Below, one piece after another: positions 29,516 through 40,309 of a DNA stretch of 64,000 nucleotides. Position numbers and translations under genes: made by a program. The stretch spans positions 224,001 through 288,000 of the forward strand of contig CBDFFH010000015.1 of the NCBI GenBank assembly GCA_965246715.1. Direction: 5' to 3'. The notes under the pieces were generated by a model. That model worked only from the letters and a program-made list of their open reading frames with translations, did not search any database and was not told the DNA's origin. Numbering within the stretch: position 1 is the stretch's first letter; every line of letters starts with the position of its first letter. The DNA is from Chamaesiphon sp. Its GTDB lineage: Bacteria > Cyanobacteriota > Cyanobacteriia > Cyanobacteriales > Chamaesiphonaceae.

Positions 29516-31063
29516 CTAATTTTTATCGGTCACTCCCCATTCTTTCAAAAGATCGATCGCATCTTGATAAGTTTCACTATTTCCTTGTTGTTTGGCAAGT
29601 TGGGCTGCTTGGCGCATATTTTTAATTGCCATCACCCGCTCGTTGAGAGCAGCATAAATTAAACCTCTAATCGAATACGCATTGGGGTTCTGGGGATCGA
29701 GTTCTACCGTGCGATTTAGATCGGCTAATGCCTGGCGATTATTTTTTAGGTTTTGAAACTTTAAAATCCCGCGCATGATATAGGCTTCAGCACTTTTAGG
29801 ATCGAGCGCGATCGCTCGGTTGAGGTCGCGTAAAGCGCCGCGATCGTCTTTGAGTTTTAGAAAATTTAAAATCCCGCGCAGCGTGTAAGCTTCAGCATTT
29901 TTAGGCTCGAGCACGATCGCCCGATTGAGATCGCTTAGAGCACCGCGATCGTCTTTGAGTTCTCGGTATTTTAAACCACCACGGATCGTGTATGTATTGC
30001 TATCGTTCGGATCGAGTTGAATCGATCGATCCAAGTCAGCTAATCCTCCTTGCGGATCTTTGAGTTTGCTCGATTTCAGATACCCACGCAAGGTATAGGA
30101 CACTCCATCTTTCGGATCGAGTTGAATCGCCCGATCGAAATCAACCAAGGCACCCTGAGGATCGTCGAGATTAGCTAATTTTACACTAGCTCTACTTCTG
30201 TATACGGCAGCATAGTTGGGCTTGAGGGCGATCGCCCGATCGTAATCGGCGAGAGCACCCCGATAGTCACCTTTGTTATATTTTTGACTGCCTAGCAGAT
30301 AGTAGTCATCAGCTTTGAGTGTCTGGGCTTGCGGAATCGCTGATACTTTTTGCCCCAGATTTACGCCTAAATTATCAGCGATGGTGGCAAAACGGTTAAT
30401 CGGAATCCCGAGATTGAATCCAGTTTTTTGGCCTAATCCGCCGCTGTCATTGCGTTCGCGATCGCCTCTACCGTGGATGGCTACCAGTTCGCCATTTTGA
30501 TTGAGTACCGCACCACCGCTCATACCGGGGAGTGTATCGTTGCTATAAATTAACGAATAACCTTGTTCTAATGTTTGAGTACTATTTGCTGAAACCGTTC
30601 CCGATCTGAACAAAAATACCGACTTATTAATTGCATCTGTTGCCAAGGGATATCCGGATACATACAAATCCATCCCCTCGCTCAATAGGTTGCAGTCACC
30701 TAATTTAGCAGTGGGATAGTCAACTGGAGCGCGAAATTTGACGACTGCTAAATCGAGATCGGTCGTTGCCACACGAATCGAATCGCTGACAAGTTGATAT
30801 TTTTTGCCGTCTGCTGTGACGATCGTATAAACAGCACGTTTGTTTTTGACGACATGCGCGGCAGTAATTACGGTGTAAACATCACCTTGGTGCTGGAGGA
30901 TCGTCCCCGAACCTTGACTTTCTGGAGTAGTAATTTGGACGGTAATCGCTTTAGCTGTTTTGGCAATTTCTGGCGCGGTAGCGGCGATGCTAGCGGTCTG
31001 GACGAGTGAAATCGTTACACTCATCCCAATTAAGCTTACCCAATATTTCGATCGAGTTGACAC
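29516..31063 (-). CDS. secreted trypsin-like serine protease with TPR repeats
   Basis: TAAHV, DLAVV, PGMSGG catalytic triad; C-terminal TPRs. Confidence 0.9.
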   Translation of the reverse strand: MSTRSKYWVSLIGMSVTISLVQTASIAATAPEIAKTAKAITVQITTPESQGSGTILQHQGDVYTVITAAHVVKNKRAVYTIVTADGKKYQLVSDSIRVATTDLDLAVVKFRAPVDYPTAKLGDCNLLSEGMDLYVSGYPLATDAINKSVFLFRSGTVSANSTQTLEQGYSLIYSNDTLPGMSGGAVLNQNGELVAIHGRGDRERNDSGGLGQKTGFNLGIPINRFATIADNLGVNLGQKVSAIPQAQTLKADDYYLLGSQKYNKGDYRGALADYDRAIALKPNYAAVYRSRASVKLANLDDPQGALVDFDRAIQLDPKDGVSYTLRGYLKSSKLKDPQGGLADLDRSIQLDPNDSNTYTIRGGLKYRELKDDRGALSDLNRAIVLEPKNAEAYTLRGILNFLKLKDDRGALRDLNRAIALDPKSAEAYIMRGILKFQNLKNNRQALADLNRTVELDPQNPNAYSIRGLIYAALNERVMAIKNMRQAAQLAKQQGNSETYQDAIDLLKEWGVTDKN

Positions 31064-31324
31064 GAATTTAATTTTCCAAGGGAATTATTTGTATCGTATT
31101 ATTTTATCTCAAGCGATCGCGTTAAGGCGCGATGAGCATTTCATGCTGCAATCAGCAACGCCAGGATTTGTACTTTAGTGACATCGAGCCTGAGTGCTAG
31201 ACTAACGATAACGAAGCGCTATCTTATTGCAGTTGCACTGCTACTGTAGCAAGTCGATCTCAGTATTCACAAATGAGTATATTTTGGTAACGCGATCGTT
31301 CCGTTCGGTGTTTAAATAATTCCT

Positions 31325-33028
31325 GTGTCCATAGCATCTCCAGTCGATCGAGTTATTACTATTTTAGCGATCGAATCCGATCCAGTCATGCAGTCGGGTT
31401 TAGTTACTTGTCTGAATCGGTTTCCCGATCTTCGAGTGTCCGCTGTAGCTGAAACTCTAGCCGATGCCTTAAAGATCTTGACAGATCGATCGATCGCTAT
31501 CGATGTGCTGTTATGCGGATTGCCGCTCGATCGTCATGCCACGGAGTCATCCGATCTAATATTTTATCAGCAGGTTAAAGCGGTCGATCCGAAGTTACCG
31601 ATCCTGCTCTTAGTCTCTGGGCAAGAGCCAGATTTGATGGCAGCTTTTCAGATGGGAATTGAAGGATGTTGTGCTAAAGGTAGCTCTATTCTAGATTTAG
31701 TTAATTGCATCAGACAAGTCGCCGCTGGCGAAACTAGTTGGACAGCCGAAATATTAAAACAGGTAACTTTTGCGCCACCAACTTCGCGATCTAGTTGGCA
31801 AGATCGACTCCGGTTGTCTAGCTTAGAGCAAATCGAAACCGCCTTGACAGAACTCGATGCTAAGCTGCGTGAAGCTAAACTTTCCGCATTAGATCGATCG
31901 ATCTTCACCGGACGCAAGCGCGAACTCAATACCGCTCGCTGGCTAGTCAAAAGATTATTACCGCCCACTGCATCGGTTGACAGGCAATCTACTCGCTCGT
32001 TACCGCCACTCCCAGCGGCTCCAAATTCCGATCTCCTAATTCCAGCATCATCCGCTGAAATATCGCCTACAGCTGGGCAAACGAGCATCTTCGATCGAAT
32101 TGCCACAAAACTCCAATCTAGCCTGGAGAATCTCACGCCTACCCCTCTAGAAATCGATATTTTAAGGCAGGAAAAGAAGCGAGAACTATTTTATTTAATC
32201 CTGCGGCAGTTTGAAGGACTCCTGGATGAGTTGCGCTTTTCACGAGTTACCATCGAGCAATTACCCACCAAGCAGTCGGCCATCTTGCAGGATTTATGGG
32301 CATCGGTGACAACTGATTTCTTCGGGAGATACAATACCTTATCGATTGACGATCTCCAGATCGAAATCGTCCCAGCTATTCTACAAGATGCCCCGATTGT
32401 CGTTACCGAGATTTTAGCCAAAATTCCCCAGCCGATCGAATTATTAAGTTATCTGCTGTTTCAAAAGCCGCTGACGATCGATAATATTAGCTGCAAAACT
32501 AGCACGCCAGCAGCCGAGGAGCGCGCCTGTGCGCTGTTAGAAAATCTTACTATTAGTATGGCAAACGCGGTGATGCAGCCTTTACTCAATCGCTTTGCCG
32601 ATCTAGAATCGATGAAAACTACTTTTTACGATCGGCGGTTGCTCTCCAGTCGAGAGATCGAACGCTTTCGTAACGATCTCTCGTGGCGGTATCGGATCGA
32701 TCGCTATATTGGCGAACCTCAAGCTATTTTTGAGAGTCAATATCGGTTATTTATATTTACAGAGTATGGGATTAAAAGGATGGCAATTTATGCCCCGCGT
32801 CCGGAAGAATTAGCTAGATTGGCGGGGATTCCCTTAGCTATAACGTTAGCATTGGAAACCAGAGATGCACTCGTGCCGAGATTACGAGCTTTAACTACAT
32901 TGATTGGCAGTGGTATTGTATATTTACTAACAGAAATTATCGGGCGCGGCATCGGTTTGATCGGGCGTGGTGTCATCAAAGGTGTGGGTAATATCTGGCA
33001 AGAAAGCAATCGCAGTCGGAGGCAATAA
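31325..33028 (+). CDS. ycf55: DUF3685 (Ycf55-like) protein with N-terminal pseudo-receiver domain
   Basis: REC-like N-terminus; LSSREIERFRNDLSW, LETRDA, GRGIGLIGRG. Confidence 0.85.
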   Translation: MSIASPVDRVITILAIESDPVMQSGLVTCLNRFPDLRVSAVAETLADALKILTDRSIAIDVLLCGLPLDRHATESSDLIFYQQVKAVDPKLPILLLVSGQEPDLMAAFQMGIEGCCAKGSSILDLVNCIRQVAAGETSWTAEILKQVTFAPPTSRSSWQDRLRLSSLEQIETALTELDAKLREAKLSALDRSIFTGRKRELNTARWLVKRLLPPTASVDRQSTRSLPPLPAAPNSDLLIPASSAEISPTAGQTSIFDRIATKLQSSLENLTPTPLEIDILRQEKKRELFYLILRQFEGLLDELRFSRVTIEQLPTKQSAILQDLWASVTTDFFGRYNTLSIDDLQIEIVPAILQDAPIVVTEILAKIPQPIELLSYLLFQKPLTIDNISCKTSTPAAEERACALLENLTISMANAVMQPLLNRFADLESMKTTFYDRRLLSSREIERFRNDLSWRYRIDRYIGEPQAIFESQYRLFIFTEYGIKRMAIYAPRPEELARLAGIPLAITLALETRDALVPRLRALTTLIGSGIVYLLTEIIGRGIGLIGRGVIKGVGNIWQESNRSRRQ

Positions 33029-33030
33029 CG

Positions 33031-33393
33031 ATGCAAAATACCCGGTTGAATACTCTGGTCGATCGCGCTGTGCGACAATTTACCCAGTGGGCACAAAATC
33101 CCTGGAGGCGGTTATCATTAATTATTATTAGTTTATTATTTGGTAACTTTCTGGCTTCGGCGATCGCGACGACTACCGGACAAACAGCCGATCTAGACAT
33201 TACAGTTTCGCTGATCTTATTAGGCATCACCGAATTTGTCAGTTGGCTCACTTATACAAATGATACGCGGCGGAGAGCTGAAGACACCTTAGCAACTGGA
33301 AAGCAGCGACCTTTATGGCTGGCAATTCTCAATAGTCTGAAGTTAGGTTTTGTTTATGGTCTATTTGTTGAGGCGTTTAAGCTAGGAAGTTAA
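33031..33393 (+). CDS. ycf20: DUF565 (Ycf20-like) membrane protein
   Basis: MQNTRL..NPWRR..YGLFVEAFKLGS. Confidence 0.9.
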   Translation: MQNTRLNTLVDRAVRQFTQWAQNPWRRLSLIIISLLFGNFLASAIATTTGQTADLDITVSLILLGITEFVSWLTYTNDTRRRAEDTLATGKQRPLWLAILNSLKLGFVYGLFVEAFKLGS

Positions 33394-33468
33394 ATCTAAC
33401 GTTACAGTATTTTTAGAGCGATCCGCTGTGACTGAAAATAAGTTGTATCGATGAGTAGCTAACGATCT

Positions 33469-33906
33469 ATGAACTGGAAATTAATTACCGGACACGAATT
33501 GTCGATCGATAATGAAGGGGCACAAACTGTTGTAACGCTACATTACGATCGCGCCGGACAGCAACAACGCGCTTGTAATAGCTTTACGACTGGCATCTGG
33601 CTTGCGCCACCACAAATGACCGCTACACCGACTGGGGCACTGCTCAAGGTCATTACCACCAGCGGTGAATCACTCATCGAGATCCACGGTAACAACATGC
33701 AACTGCATGGTAGCAATAGTCTAAATAATCAGACCACAACTGCTACCAGCTATAGTTCTAGCTCGACTGGCACTAGCAGTCATAGAAGTACGGGCATAAA
33801 TACTGGTGCAGCAACCAGTCAGAACCAACGTTTTTGTACTGAGTGCGGTGCCACTGTCAAACCAACCGATAAATTTTGCGCTAGTTGTGGCACTAAGTTG
33901 ACTTAG
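33469..33906 (+). CDS. zinc-ribbon domain protein
   Basis: C-terminal FCTECG..DKFCASCGTKL. Confidence 0.8.
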   Translation: MNWKLITGHELSIDNEGAQTVVTLHYDRAGQQQRACNSFTTGIWLAPPQMTATPTGALLKVITTSGESLIEIHGNNMQLHGSNSLNNQTTTATSYSSSSTGTSSHRSTGINTGAATSQNQRFCTECGATVKPTDKFCASCGTKLT

Positions 33907-34029
33907 AACCGCGAGCCTAATCCAGAAAATAATCCAAAATCCTTCGGCTAAATAGGCGATAGTAGAGGGTGGGCGGTCTAATGCGTCAGCAATCGTCTCT
34001 AGCCTAGTCTCTATCCCCTGACGGTATGT

Positions 34030-34203
34030 TAACGTCAGTTCGGGACAAGAGGTGCCTGGAGACTAAAGTCTCGGCTGATGATGCAAAGTCCGCCTTCGCG
34101 GACTATATATTTCAGTCCGCGAAGGCGGACTTTGTGACATTAGCCACGATTTCAATCGATGGCGATGCTGGAACGGAGCCAATATCCTTAACCAGAACTG
34201 ACG
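34030..34203. mobile_element. MITE with internal REP-like palindrome inserted at the ccdA start
   Basis: Ends CGTCAGTTCGGG / CCAGAACTGACG; direct repeat CTGACGGTATGTTA at 34018 and 34198; palindrome CAAAGTCCGCCTTCGCGGACT...AGTCCGCGAAGGCGGACTTTG. Confidence 0.8.
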
Positions 34204-34205
34204 GT

Positions 34206-34940
34206 ATGTTAGCTAATTTTCAGACTGCACTATATCAAGTCGAGCACTTTGCCGATCGACTAGTCACTCAACAACTCACCCAAATTAGTTGGTTATCGGT
34301 AGCTGCTATCTTCGCAGCGGGACTGTTGACTAGCTTGACTCCCTGTACATTATCGATGCTGCCGATTACGATCGGTTACATAGGCGGTTATGAAGCCAAA
34401 AGTCGGTGGCAAGCAGCACTTCAATCGACATTTTTCTGTGGCGGGATCGCCACAACGCTGGCAGGATTGGGGATTTTTGCAGCAGTAGTCGGCAAAGTCT
34501 ACGGTCAAATCGGGCTGGGATTGCCGATTTTTGTCAGTATCGTAGCAATTCTGATGGGGTTAAATCTGCTTGAAGCTCTACCCTTTCAACTCCCCGATTT
34601 CGGCGGGATGGATTGGATTTCCAAGGATTTACCTCATGGCGTTCGATCGTATTTATTAGGTGTTACTTTCGGATTAGTGGCTTCACCTTGCAGTACGCCA
34701 GTCCTGGCTAGTTTGCTAGCTTGGGTAGCGAGTACTGGCAATATCTGGCTGGGTGCGGTACTTCTCCTAGCATATACAGCTGGTTATGTGGCACCATTAA
34801 TATTGGCAGGTACGTTTACGGCTTCGATTAAGCGGTTACTAGAAGTTCGGAAATGGTCTGGATGGATTACTCCGACAAGTGGAGTATTGTTGGTTGGCTT
34901 TGGAGTATTTTCGTTGCTAGGCAGGATTCCAAATTTTTAG
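34206..34940 (+). CDS. ccdA: cytochrome c biogenesis protein CcdA
   Basis: TSLTPCTLSMLP, ASPCSTPVL; conserved part begins at ATG 34206. Confidence 0.92.
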   Translation: MLANFQTALYQVEHFADRLVTQQLTQISWLSVAAIFAAGLLTSLTPCTLSMLPITIGYIGGYEAKSRWQAALQSTFFCGGIATTLAGLGIFAAVVGKVYGQIGLGLPIFVSIVAILMGLNLLEALPFQLPDFGGMDWISKDLPHGVRSYLLGVTFGLVASPCSTPVLASLLAWVASTGNIWLGAVLLLAYTAGYVAPLILAGTFTASIKRLLEVRKWSGWITPTSGVLLVGFGVFSLLGRIPNF

Positions 34941-35087
34941 TAATTGAATATAAAATAACGTGTAGGGTGGGTAATTCCCAGCATCTAGATTTCAGGCTTT
35001 TATAATGTTGTAAATATTTGCGCCGACATTCTTAATAGATCGCAAGTAACCACTAACTAATAATCAACAACAGATAACTAATAACTA

Positions 35088-36497
35088 ATGTCGATCGAAC
35101 CGAACGGATCCGTAACAAACTCAGATAATCTTTGGCAAATACCACAAAAGTGGTGGCGGAAGAAGATCGTACCAGTAATTGCCAATCTCAAATTTGCGAT
35201 CGCCTTAGTCTTGATTATTGCAGCTTTGAGTACGATCGGTACGCTAATCGAGCAGGGAGAAACTCCAGGATTTTATCAAACTAATTACCCCGAGCACCCC
35301 GCGTTATTCGGTTTTTTAAGTTGGAAGGTAATTCAAGTACTCGGCTTCGACCACGTTTATCGGACTTGGTGGTATTTGGCGCTATTAGTTTTGTTTGGCA
35401 TTAGTTTGACTACTTGTACTTTTACTACGCAGTTACCGATGCTCAAGTCAGCGCGGAAGTGGAAGTTTTATGACAATCCTAAATTCTTCCAAAAGTTGGC
35501 GCTCAGTGCTGAAATTGACGATCGAGATTTAGAGCCACTCGCAGTACAATTACAAGCGAGAAAATATCGAGTATTTACCGAAGGCGATAAGTTATATGCT
35601 CGCAAAGGACTAATTGGTAAAATCGGGCCGATTGTCGTTCACATCGGGATGATTCTCACCTTACTAGGTGGTGTCTGGGGCGCATTAACGGGATTTATCG
35701 GGCAGGAAATGATCCCGAGTGGGGAGACTTTTCAGGTCAAAAATATTCTCGATGCCGGCCCGTGGGCGGGCGGTCAAATTCCCAAAGATTGGTCTGTGAA
35801 AGTCAACCGATTCTGGATCGACTATACACCTTCAGGAGATATCGATCAGTTTTATTCTGACTTATCCGTAATCGATAATACTAGTAAAGCAGAACTCGAT
35901 CGCCAGACGATTCATGTGAATAAACCGCTCAAGTATCAAGGCGTTTATTACTATCAAACCGATTGGACTATTTCCGGTGTAAAAATTCAACTTAATAACA
36001 GTCCGATCTTTAGATTACCGATGGCTCAATTGGGCAAAGGCTCACAAAATCGGATTTGGGGAACTTGGATACCGACAAAGCCGGATCTGAGTGAAGGTGT
36101 CTCTCTACTTGCCAAAGATTTACAAGGGACATTATTAGTCTACGATACCAAAGGTCAATTAATCTCTAGCGTCCGGGCTGGTAACTCGATCGAAGTAAAT
36201 GGCGTAACGCTAAAAATTCTCGATCTAATCGGTGGAACTGGCCTCCAAATTAAAGCCGATCCTGGTATTCCGGTTGTGTATTTAGGCTTTGGATTATTAA
36301 TGCTCGGCGTAATTATGAGCTACTTTTCTCACTCCCAGATTTGGGCAGTAACAAAAGACGGAAAACTGTATCTTGGCGGTAGAACCAATCGCGCTCAGAT
36401 TGTATTCGAGCGGGAAATAATTGAAGTTATCGATCGACTCGATCTCGATCTCGAATTACAGATCGCCGCTCTCAAAACTAGTATAGGGACAGCTTAA
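35088..36497 (+). CDS. ccsB: cytochrome c biogenesis protein Ccs1/CcsB (ResB family)
   Basis: [38 protein letters not shown]; follows ccdA. Confidence 0.93.
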   Translation: MSIEPNGSVTNSDNLWQIPQKWWRKKIVPVIANLKFAIALVLIIAALSTIGTLIEQGETPGFYQTNYPEHPALFGFLSWKVIQVLGFDHVYRTWWYLALLVLFGISLTTCTFTTQLPMLKSARKWKFYDNPKFFQKLALSAEIDDRDLEPLAVQLQARKYRVFTEGDKLYARKGLIGKIGPIVVHIGMILTLLGGVWGALTGFIGQEMIPSGETFQVKNILDAGPWAGGQIPKDWSVKVNRFWIDYTPSGDIDQFYSDLSVIDNTSKAELDRQTIHVNKPLKYQGVYYYQTDWTISGVKIQLNNSPIFRLPMAQLGKGSQNRIWGTWIPTKPDLSEGVSLLAKDLQGTLLVYDTKGQLISSVRAGNSIEVNGVTLKILDLIGGTGLQIKADPGIPVVYLGFGLLMLGVIMSYFSHSQIWAVTKDGKLYLGGRTNRAQIVFEREIIEVIDRLDLDLELQIAALKTSIGTA

Positions 36498-36662
36498 TCA
36501 TGGTATTCAAATCTTAAGCAAAAATTTGTCACTTTAACACAATCGAGAACATAGATAGATTGATGGCGCGCAAATCTATAAACCCGCGCGCCAAGATAGC
36601 TATTAAATCTATTCACAATTGCAATCTAAACTGTGTTGTTCACCAATAAATTACAGGTGAGA

Positions 36663-37262
36663 CTATTCAGCTCTAGATTTTGCTAGTTTTTTGCGGAGCA
36701 TTAAAGCACCACCTGCAAATAACAGCAACCCAGGAAATGCTTCAGGCTCCGGAACGGAAGTCGCTGTATCGAGTTTGATGTTATCAAGAACGATCCCCCC
36801 AGAACCAGCGTTGGTTGAGGCAAAAGTCAGTGCGCCACTTGCAGCACTAAGAAATGTGTAATTAAAAGTAGTTAAAGGACCACCACTGGAGATGATGGGA
36901 CCAATATTTAGAGCACCGAAGGTGACATTAGCACTACCAGCACCATTAGCACCAAAATCAAATTTCAGGGTATCGCCAGCTAATACATTCTGGGACAGAA
37001 ACGCGATCGTACCACTAGTGGTACCGTTCAAGTCGAGGAAGTTACCACCAGCGTAACCTGGATAAAGACCGAACTGTCCAGGAGCAACAACGTCTACATT
37101 ACCACTAGTGACTGTGGCGCTACCAACAGAACCAGTAAGATTGAGACCTGGCGAAACAGTATTAAAAGTTTCGTTAATCAAGCTAGCAGCATCAGCAGGG
37201 GATGCAAACTGAGTAATGGCTGCTACACCTAGTGTAGCAGCAAGCAAAGAACGTAAATTCAT
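36663..37262 (-). CDS. PEP-CTERM sorting domain protein
   Basis: Signal peptide; C-terminal VPEP, TM segment, RKK. Confidence 0.9.
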   Translation of the reverse strand: MNLRSLLAATLGVAAITQFASPADAASLINETFNTVSPGLNLTGSVGSATVTSGNVDVVAPGQFGLYPGYAGGNFLDLNGTTSGTIAFLSQNVLAGDTLKFDFGANGAGSANVTFGALNIGPIISSGGPLTTFNYTFLSAASGALTFASTNAGSGGIVLDNIKLDTATSVPEPEAFPGLLLFAGGALMLRKKLAKSRAE

Positions 37263-37699
37263 GTTTATTTATTACTGAAGTAGGGAAACAGGGCAAAAGG
37301 AAACCAGTCCAAGCCAAGTGTAATCTATGATTGACAATGTGTCAAACAAAAATATCGTAGTTTAGCGAAACTTGGAATTTTTTTATAGAGGCAGTAGCAG
37401 CTTTCGTAAACATCAACTGCGATCGCTATAAATTAGCTGTTACTATCACACTTAGGACGATAGTAACTTATTTATATCATGCTGTTGCTACAGTGACATC
37501 AGCAATCCTGACTACTCCAGCTAAATTGACAAACTTACCAACTCAGTATATTCCGCACTCGATATTTGCCGATCGACTGACACGACGATTATAATTAGGT
37601 GAATTACCAATTTTTACGAATACAAGTAACATCCAACAGTATTCCCAGCACCAAAATCGGGCTTAATCTGGATCTTTACCTTTTGACACTTTTAGGCGT

Positions 37700-38104
37700 T
37701 TGATTATGATTTGTGATTGGTCGATCGGCGATTTACCGGGATTGCAGAATGCTGAATTAATTTTACTTCATAAATTGGGAATCACAACTACTGGCGAACT
37801 TTTATCGATCGCACCAGATGCAGCTACCAAACAACAATTAGCAATCGATCTAAATGCTAAAATTCAGTACGTCAATAAATTAGTCGCTTTAGCAGATTTA
37901 GCCAGATTGCCTGGAGTCGGTTGTAAATACAATGGGTTATTGCTGCATACCGGAATTATTTCTGTAAAACAACTTGCCCAAATTCCCGCACACAAACTTC
38001 ACCAACAATTACTCAGACTGCACGTTGCCACGATCCAAAGACGAGATTTGTGCCCAAATATCGCCCAAGTTCAAAGCTGGATTAAACAAGCACAGGTAAT
38101 CTGA
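37700..38104 (+). CDS. DUF4332 domain protein
   Basis: LPGL..LGITTT, ALADLARLPGVG..LLLHTGI, WIKQA. Confidence 0.85.
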   Translation: MIMICDWSIGDLPGLQNAELILLHKLGITTTGELLSIAPDAATKQQLAIDLNAKIQYVNKLVALADLARLPGVGCKYNGLLLHTGIISVKQLAQIPAHKLHQQLLRLHVATIQRRDLCPNIAQVQSWIKQAQVI

Positions 38105-38120
38105 TAATCACATGCAGATG

Positions 38121-38735
38121 CTATTTTTTCGCCAATACTCCATTCAAAAAGATATCTGCTAATCCTTCAGCCATCTCTTTTATTTCCAGCGGATTAGCAC
38201 CAGGTTGGACTAGCGTTTCATGGCTAAATCCAGCGACGACAAACATCCCCAAGAATACTTGAGCGATAACGCGAGAATTCATCCGCCGATAGACACCACG
38301 TTCCATTGCCGTTTGGAAAAATGCCTCCGCTACATCGGTCATTTTTTCAACGACTTCTGATTGAATTCGTTCGCGTAAATCTTGATGAAATTGGACTTCC
38401 ATGAAACAGACACGCATCATGTCATAGTTATCCCCCAACCGCAGCATCCGTTTGTACATCACCTGGGAAATAGCTTCGTAGCTGGCCATTTCACTCAATT
38501 CTGTGAGTAAATCTGTCAATAACTCTACCCAACCTTGAGTGGCAATTTCGACCAAAATAGCTTTTTTATTAGTAAAATGTCGAAACAATGTCCCTTCGGC
38601 AATTCCGGCTTTTTCAGCTAGCTCTTTTGTCGTCGTACCATCATAGCCGTTACGGGCAAATAGCTTTTGAGCTACTTTGAGAATTTTTTCGCGGGTAGTT
38701 GGTTCAGTTTTCCGATCGTGATGAAATATCTGCAT
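38121..38735 (-). CDS. TetR/AcrR family transcriptional regulator
   Basis: GYDGTTTKELAEKAGIAEGTLFRHF HTH. Confidence 0.92.
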   Translation of the reverse strand: MQIFHHDRKTEPTTREKILKVAQKLFARNGYDGTTTKELAEKAGIAEGTLFRHFTNKKAILVEIATQGWVELLTDLLTELSEMASYEAISQVMYKRMLRLGDNYDMMRVCFMEVQFHQDLRERIQSEVVEKMTDVAEAFFQTAMERGVYRRMNSRVIAQVFLGMFVVAGFSHETLVQPGANPLEIKEMAEGLADIFLNGVLAKK

Positions 38736-39056
38736 AGATACCCAGCATCATTAAATGCTCATTGAATGAAATTATCATCTTTATTATCGCTCTACTTCTC
38801 CCGATCGATTGCGCTTGACTTAATAGTTCTTTATAGATAGTTATTGCATTTTGAAATTTATTGGTAGTCCTCCTTCAAAATACTTAATATAATCTCAATC
38901 TGGCACTATGCTGAGTTAAGTTATTTTTAACTAGGTGCGATCGAGTGTGAAATGAGAATGAGAGTGACTCATTGTTATTTATTTCATGCCCAAAAATACT
39001 AGAACAATTTCGTCGGTAGTAGCTAATTGTTCCAGTTTTAGATTGTGGAGATCGAT

Positions 39057-39347
39057 TTATTCAAATTCTAAGATCGAGCTGTCGTTATCGATTGCTGCAA
39101 ATGCGCGCTCGGTAGGAATCAAGCCAAAGAGCTTCGCACCGTCTATACGTCGATCGATCCGATCTTGATAATTACCGAAGTCACAACCCCAGGGTAACGG
39201 CGAGTTGGGATCGCTGGTACAAGAAATACGGATTCTCCTGGATACCTTTGCTTGAAGCAGTCTGTCGTGCAAATCCGAGCGGCGGGTTTGGGGTAACTGG
39301 AGGATCGCTCTTAGATCTAGACTAAATGGGATTAGTGGCTGAGTCAC
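39057..39347 (-). CDS. possible hypothetical protein
   Basis: 96-aa ORF in an otherwise empty intergenic space; no motif recognised. Confidence 0.3.
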   Translation of the reverse strand: MTQPLIPFSLDLRAILQLPQTRRSDLHDRLLQAKVSRRIRISCTSDPNSPLPWGCDFGNYQDRIDRRIDGAKLFGLIPTERAFAAIDNDSSILEFE

Positions 39348-39516
39348 AGCTCGATGTTGCAGTATCCGAACACTGCTGCTTGAGAAAGTTTACAACAAAC
39401 ATAAATTGTGAAGATTTGCCAAAGTTCTCATATCCCTTCACTTGTGCGACCAAGAATAGATAAACTATTGTAATAGAACAGATCGTAAGAATCGATCGTA
39501 ATTAATACAAAATAAT

Positions 39517-40002
39517 ATGAGTGTAGTCAGTCAAGTTATTCTCAAAGCCGATGACGATCTGCGCTACCCCAGTAGCGGTGAACTCAAAAACATTCAAGCA
39601 TTTCTGCAAACTGGCGAACAGCGGATTCGGATCGTCACAACTCTAGCTGAGAGTGAGAAGAAAATTGTCGAGCGAGCGAGCAAGCAGTTATGGCAAAAAC
39701 ATCCTGATTATATCGCTGCTGGTGGGAATGCTGCCGGACAAAAGCAACGCTCTCAGTGTTTGCGGGATTACGGCTGGTATCTACGCTTAGTTACATATGG
39801 AGTGCTTGCTGGGGACAAAGACCCGATCGAGAAGATTGGCTTGATTGGCGTTCGAGACATGTATAATTCTTTAGGCGTTCCGATTGATGGGATGGCTGAC
39901 TCGATCGTCGCACTCAAAGAAGCCGCCTTAAACCTCTTGACTGACGAGGATGCAGCAGCAGCGGCTCCCTATTTTGATTATATTATTCAGGAGATGTCCT
40001 AA
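39517..40002 (+). CDS. apcD: allophycocyanin-B alpha subunit
   Basis: [42 protein letters not shown]. Confidence 0.95.
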   Translation: MSVVSQVILKADDDLRYPSSGELKNIQAFLQTGEQRIRIVTTLAESEKKIVERASKQLWQKHPDYIAAGGNAAGQKQRSQCLRDYGWYLRLVTYGVLAGDKDPIEKIGLIGVRDMYNSLGVPIDGMADSIVALKEAALNLLTDEDAAAAAPYFDYIIQEMS

Positions 40003-40170
40003 TCGCGATGTGCCATGAGTGAGTCTCGACTCTAGGCTGAGGCTTCTGTTGAGGATGACTCATCCCCAATGCAACTGGGGATGAGATTGACTATTAGGAC
40101 GGACAATCTGCTGTTGGAACTCGCTCGCATTTAGCTATCACGAATGAGCAGCAAATCTCAATGGTGCCAT

Positions 40171-40210
40171 CAAATAACCCCAAGTCTAGAAAAGACTTGG
40201 GGGTTATTTG
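40171..40210. terminator. bidirectional terminator between apcD and the tRNA
   Basis: CAAATAACCCCAAGTCT-AGAAA-AGACTTGGGGGTTATTTG. Confidence 0.75.
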
Positions 40211-40229
40211 TACTCTTTAACTAATACAA

Positions 40230-40309
40230 TGGGAAGCGTCGGACTCGAACCGACACGCTTTCGCGGATGATTTTGAGTCAACTGCGTCTACCAATTCCGC
40301 CAGCCTCCC
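40230..40309 (-). tRNA. trnL: tRNA-Leu(CAA)
   Basis: GGGAGGC/GCTTCCC acceptor stem, D-arm GCGGAATTGGTAGACGC, anticodon loop CTCAAAA, variable arm CGCGAAAGCG, T-arm GTCGG-TTCGAGT-CCGAC; CCA not encoded. Confidence 0.92.

Noticed and set aside
40230..40309. tRNA as the integration site of a prophage or island
   Set aside because: No integrase and no duplicated tRNA 3' end seen in the window; the flanks are core genes
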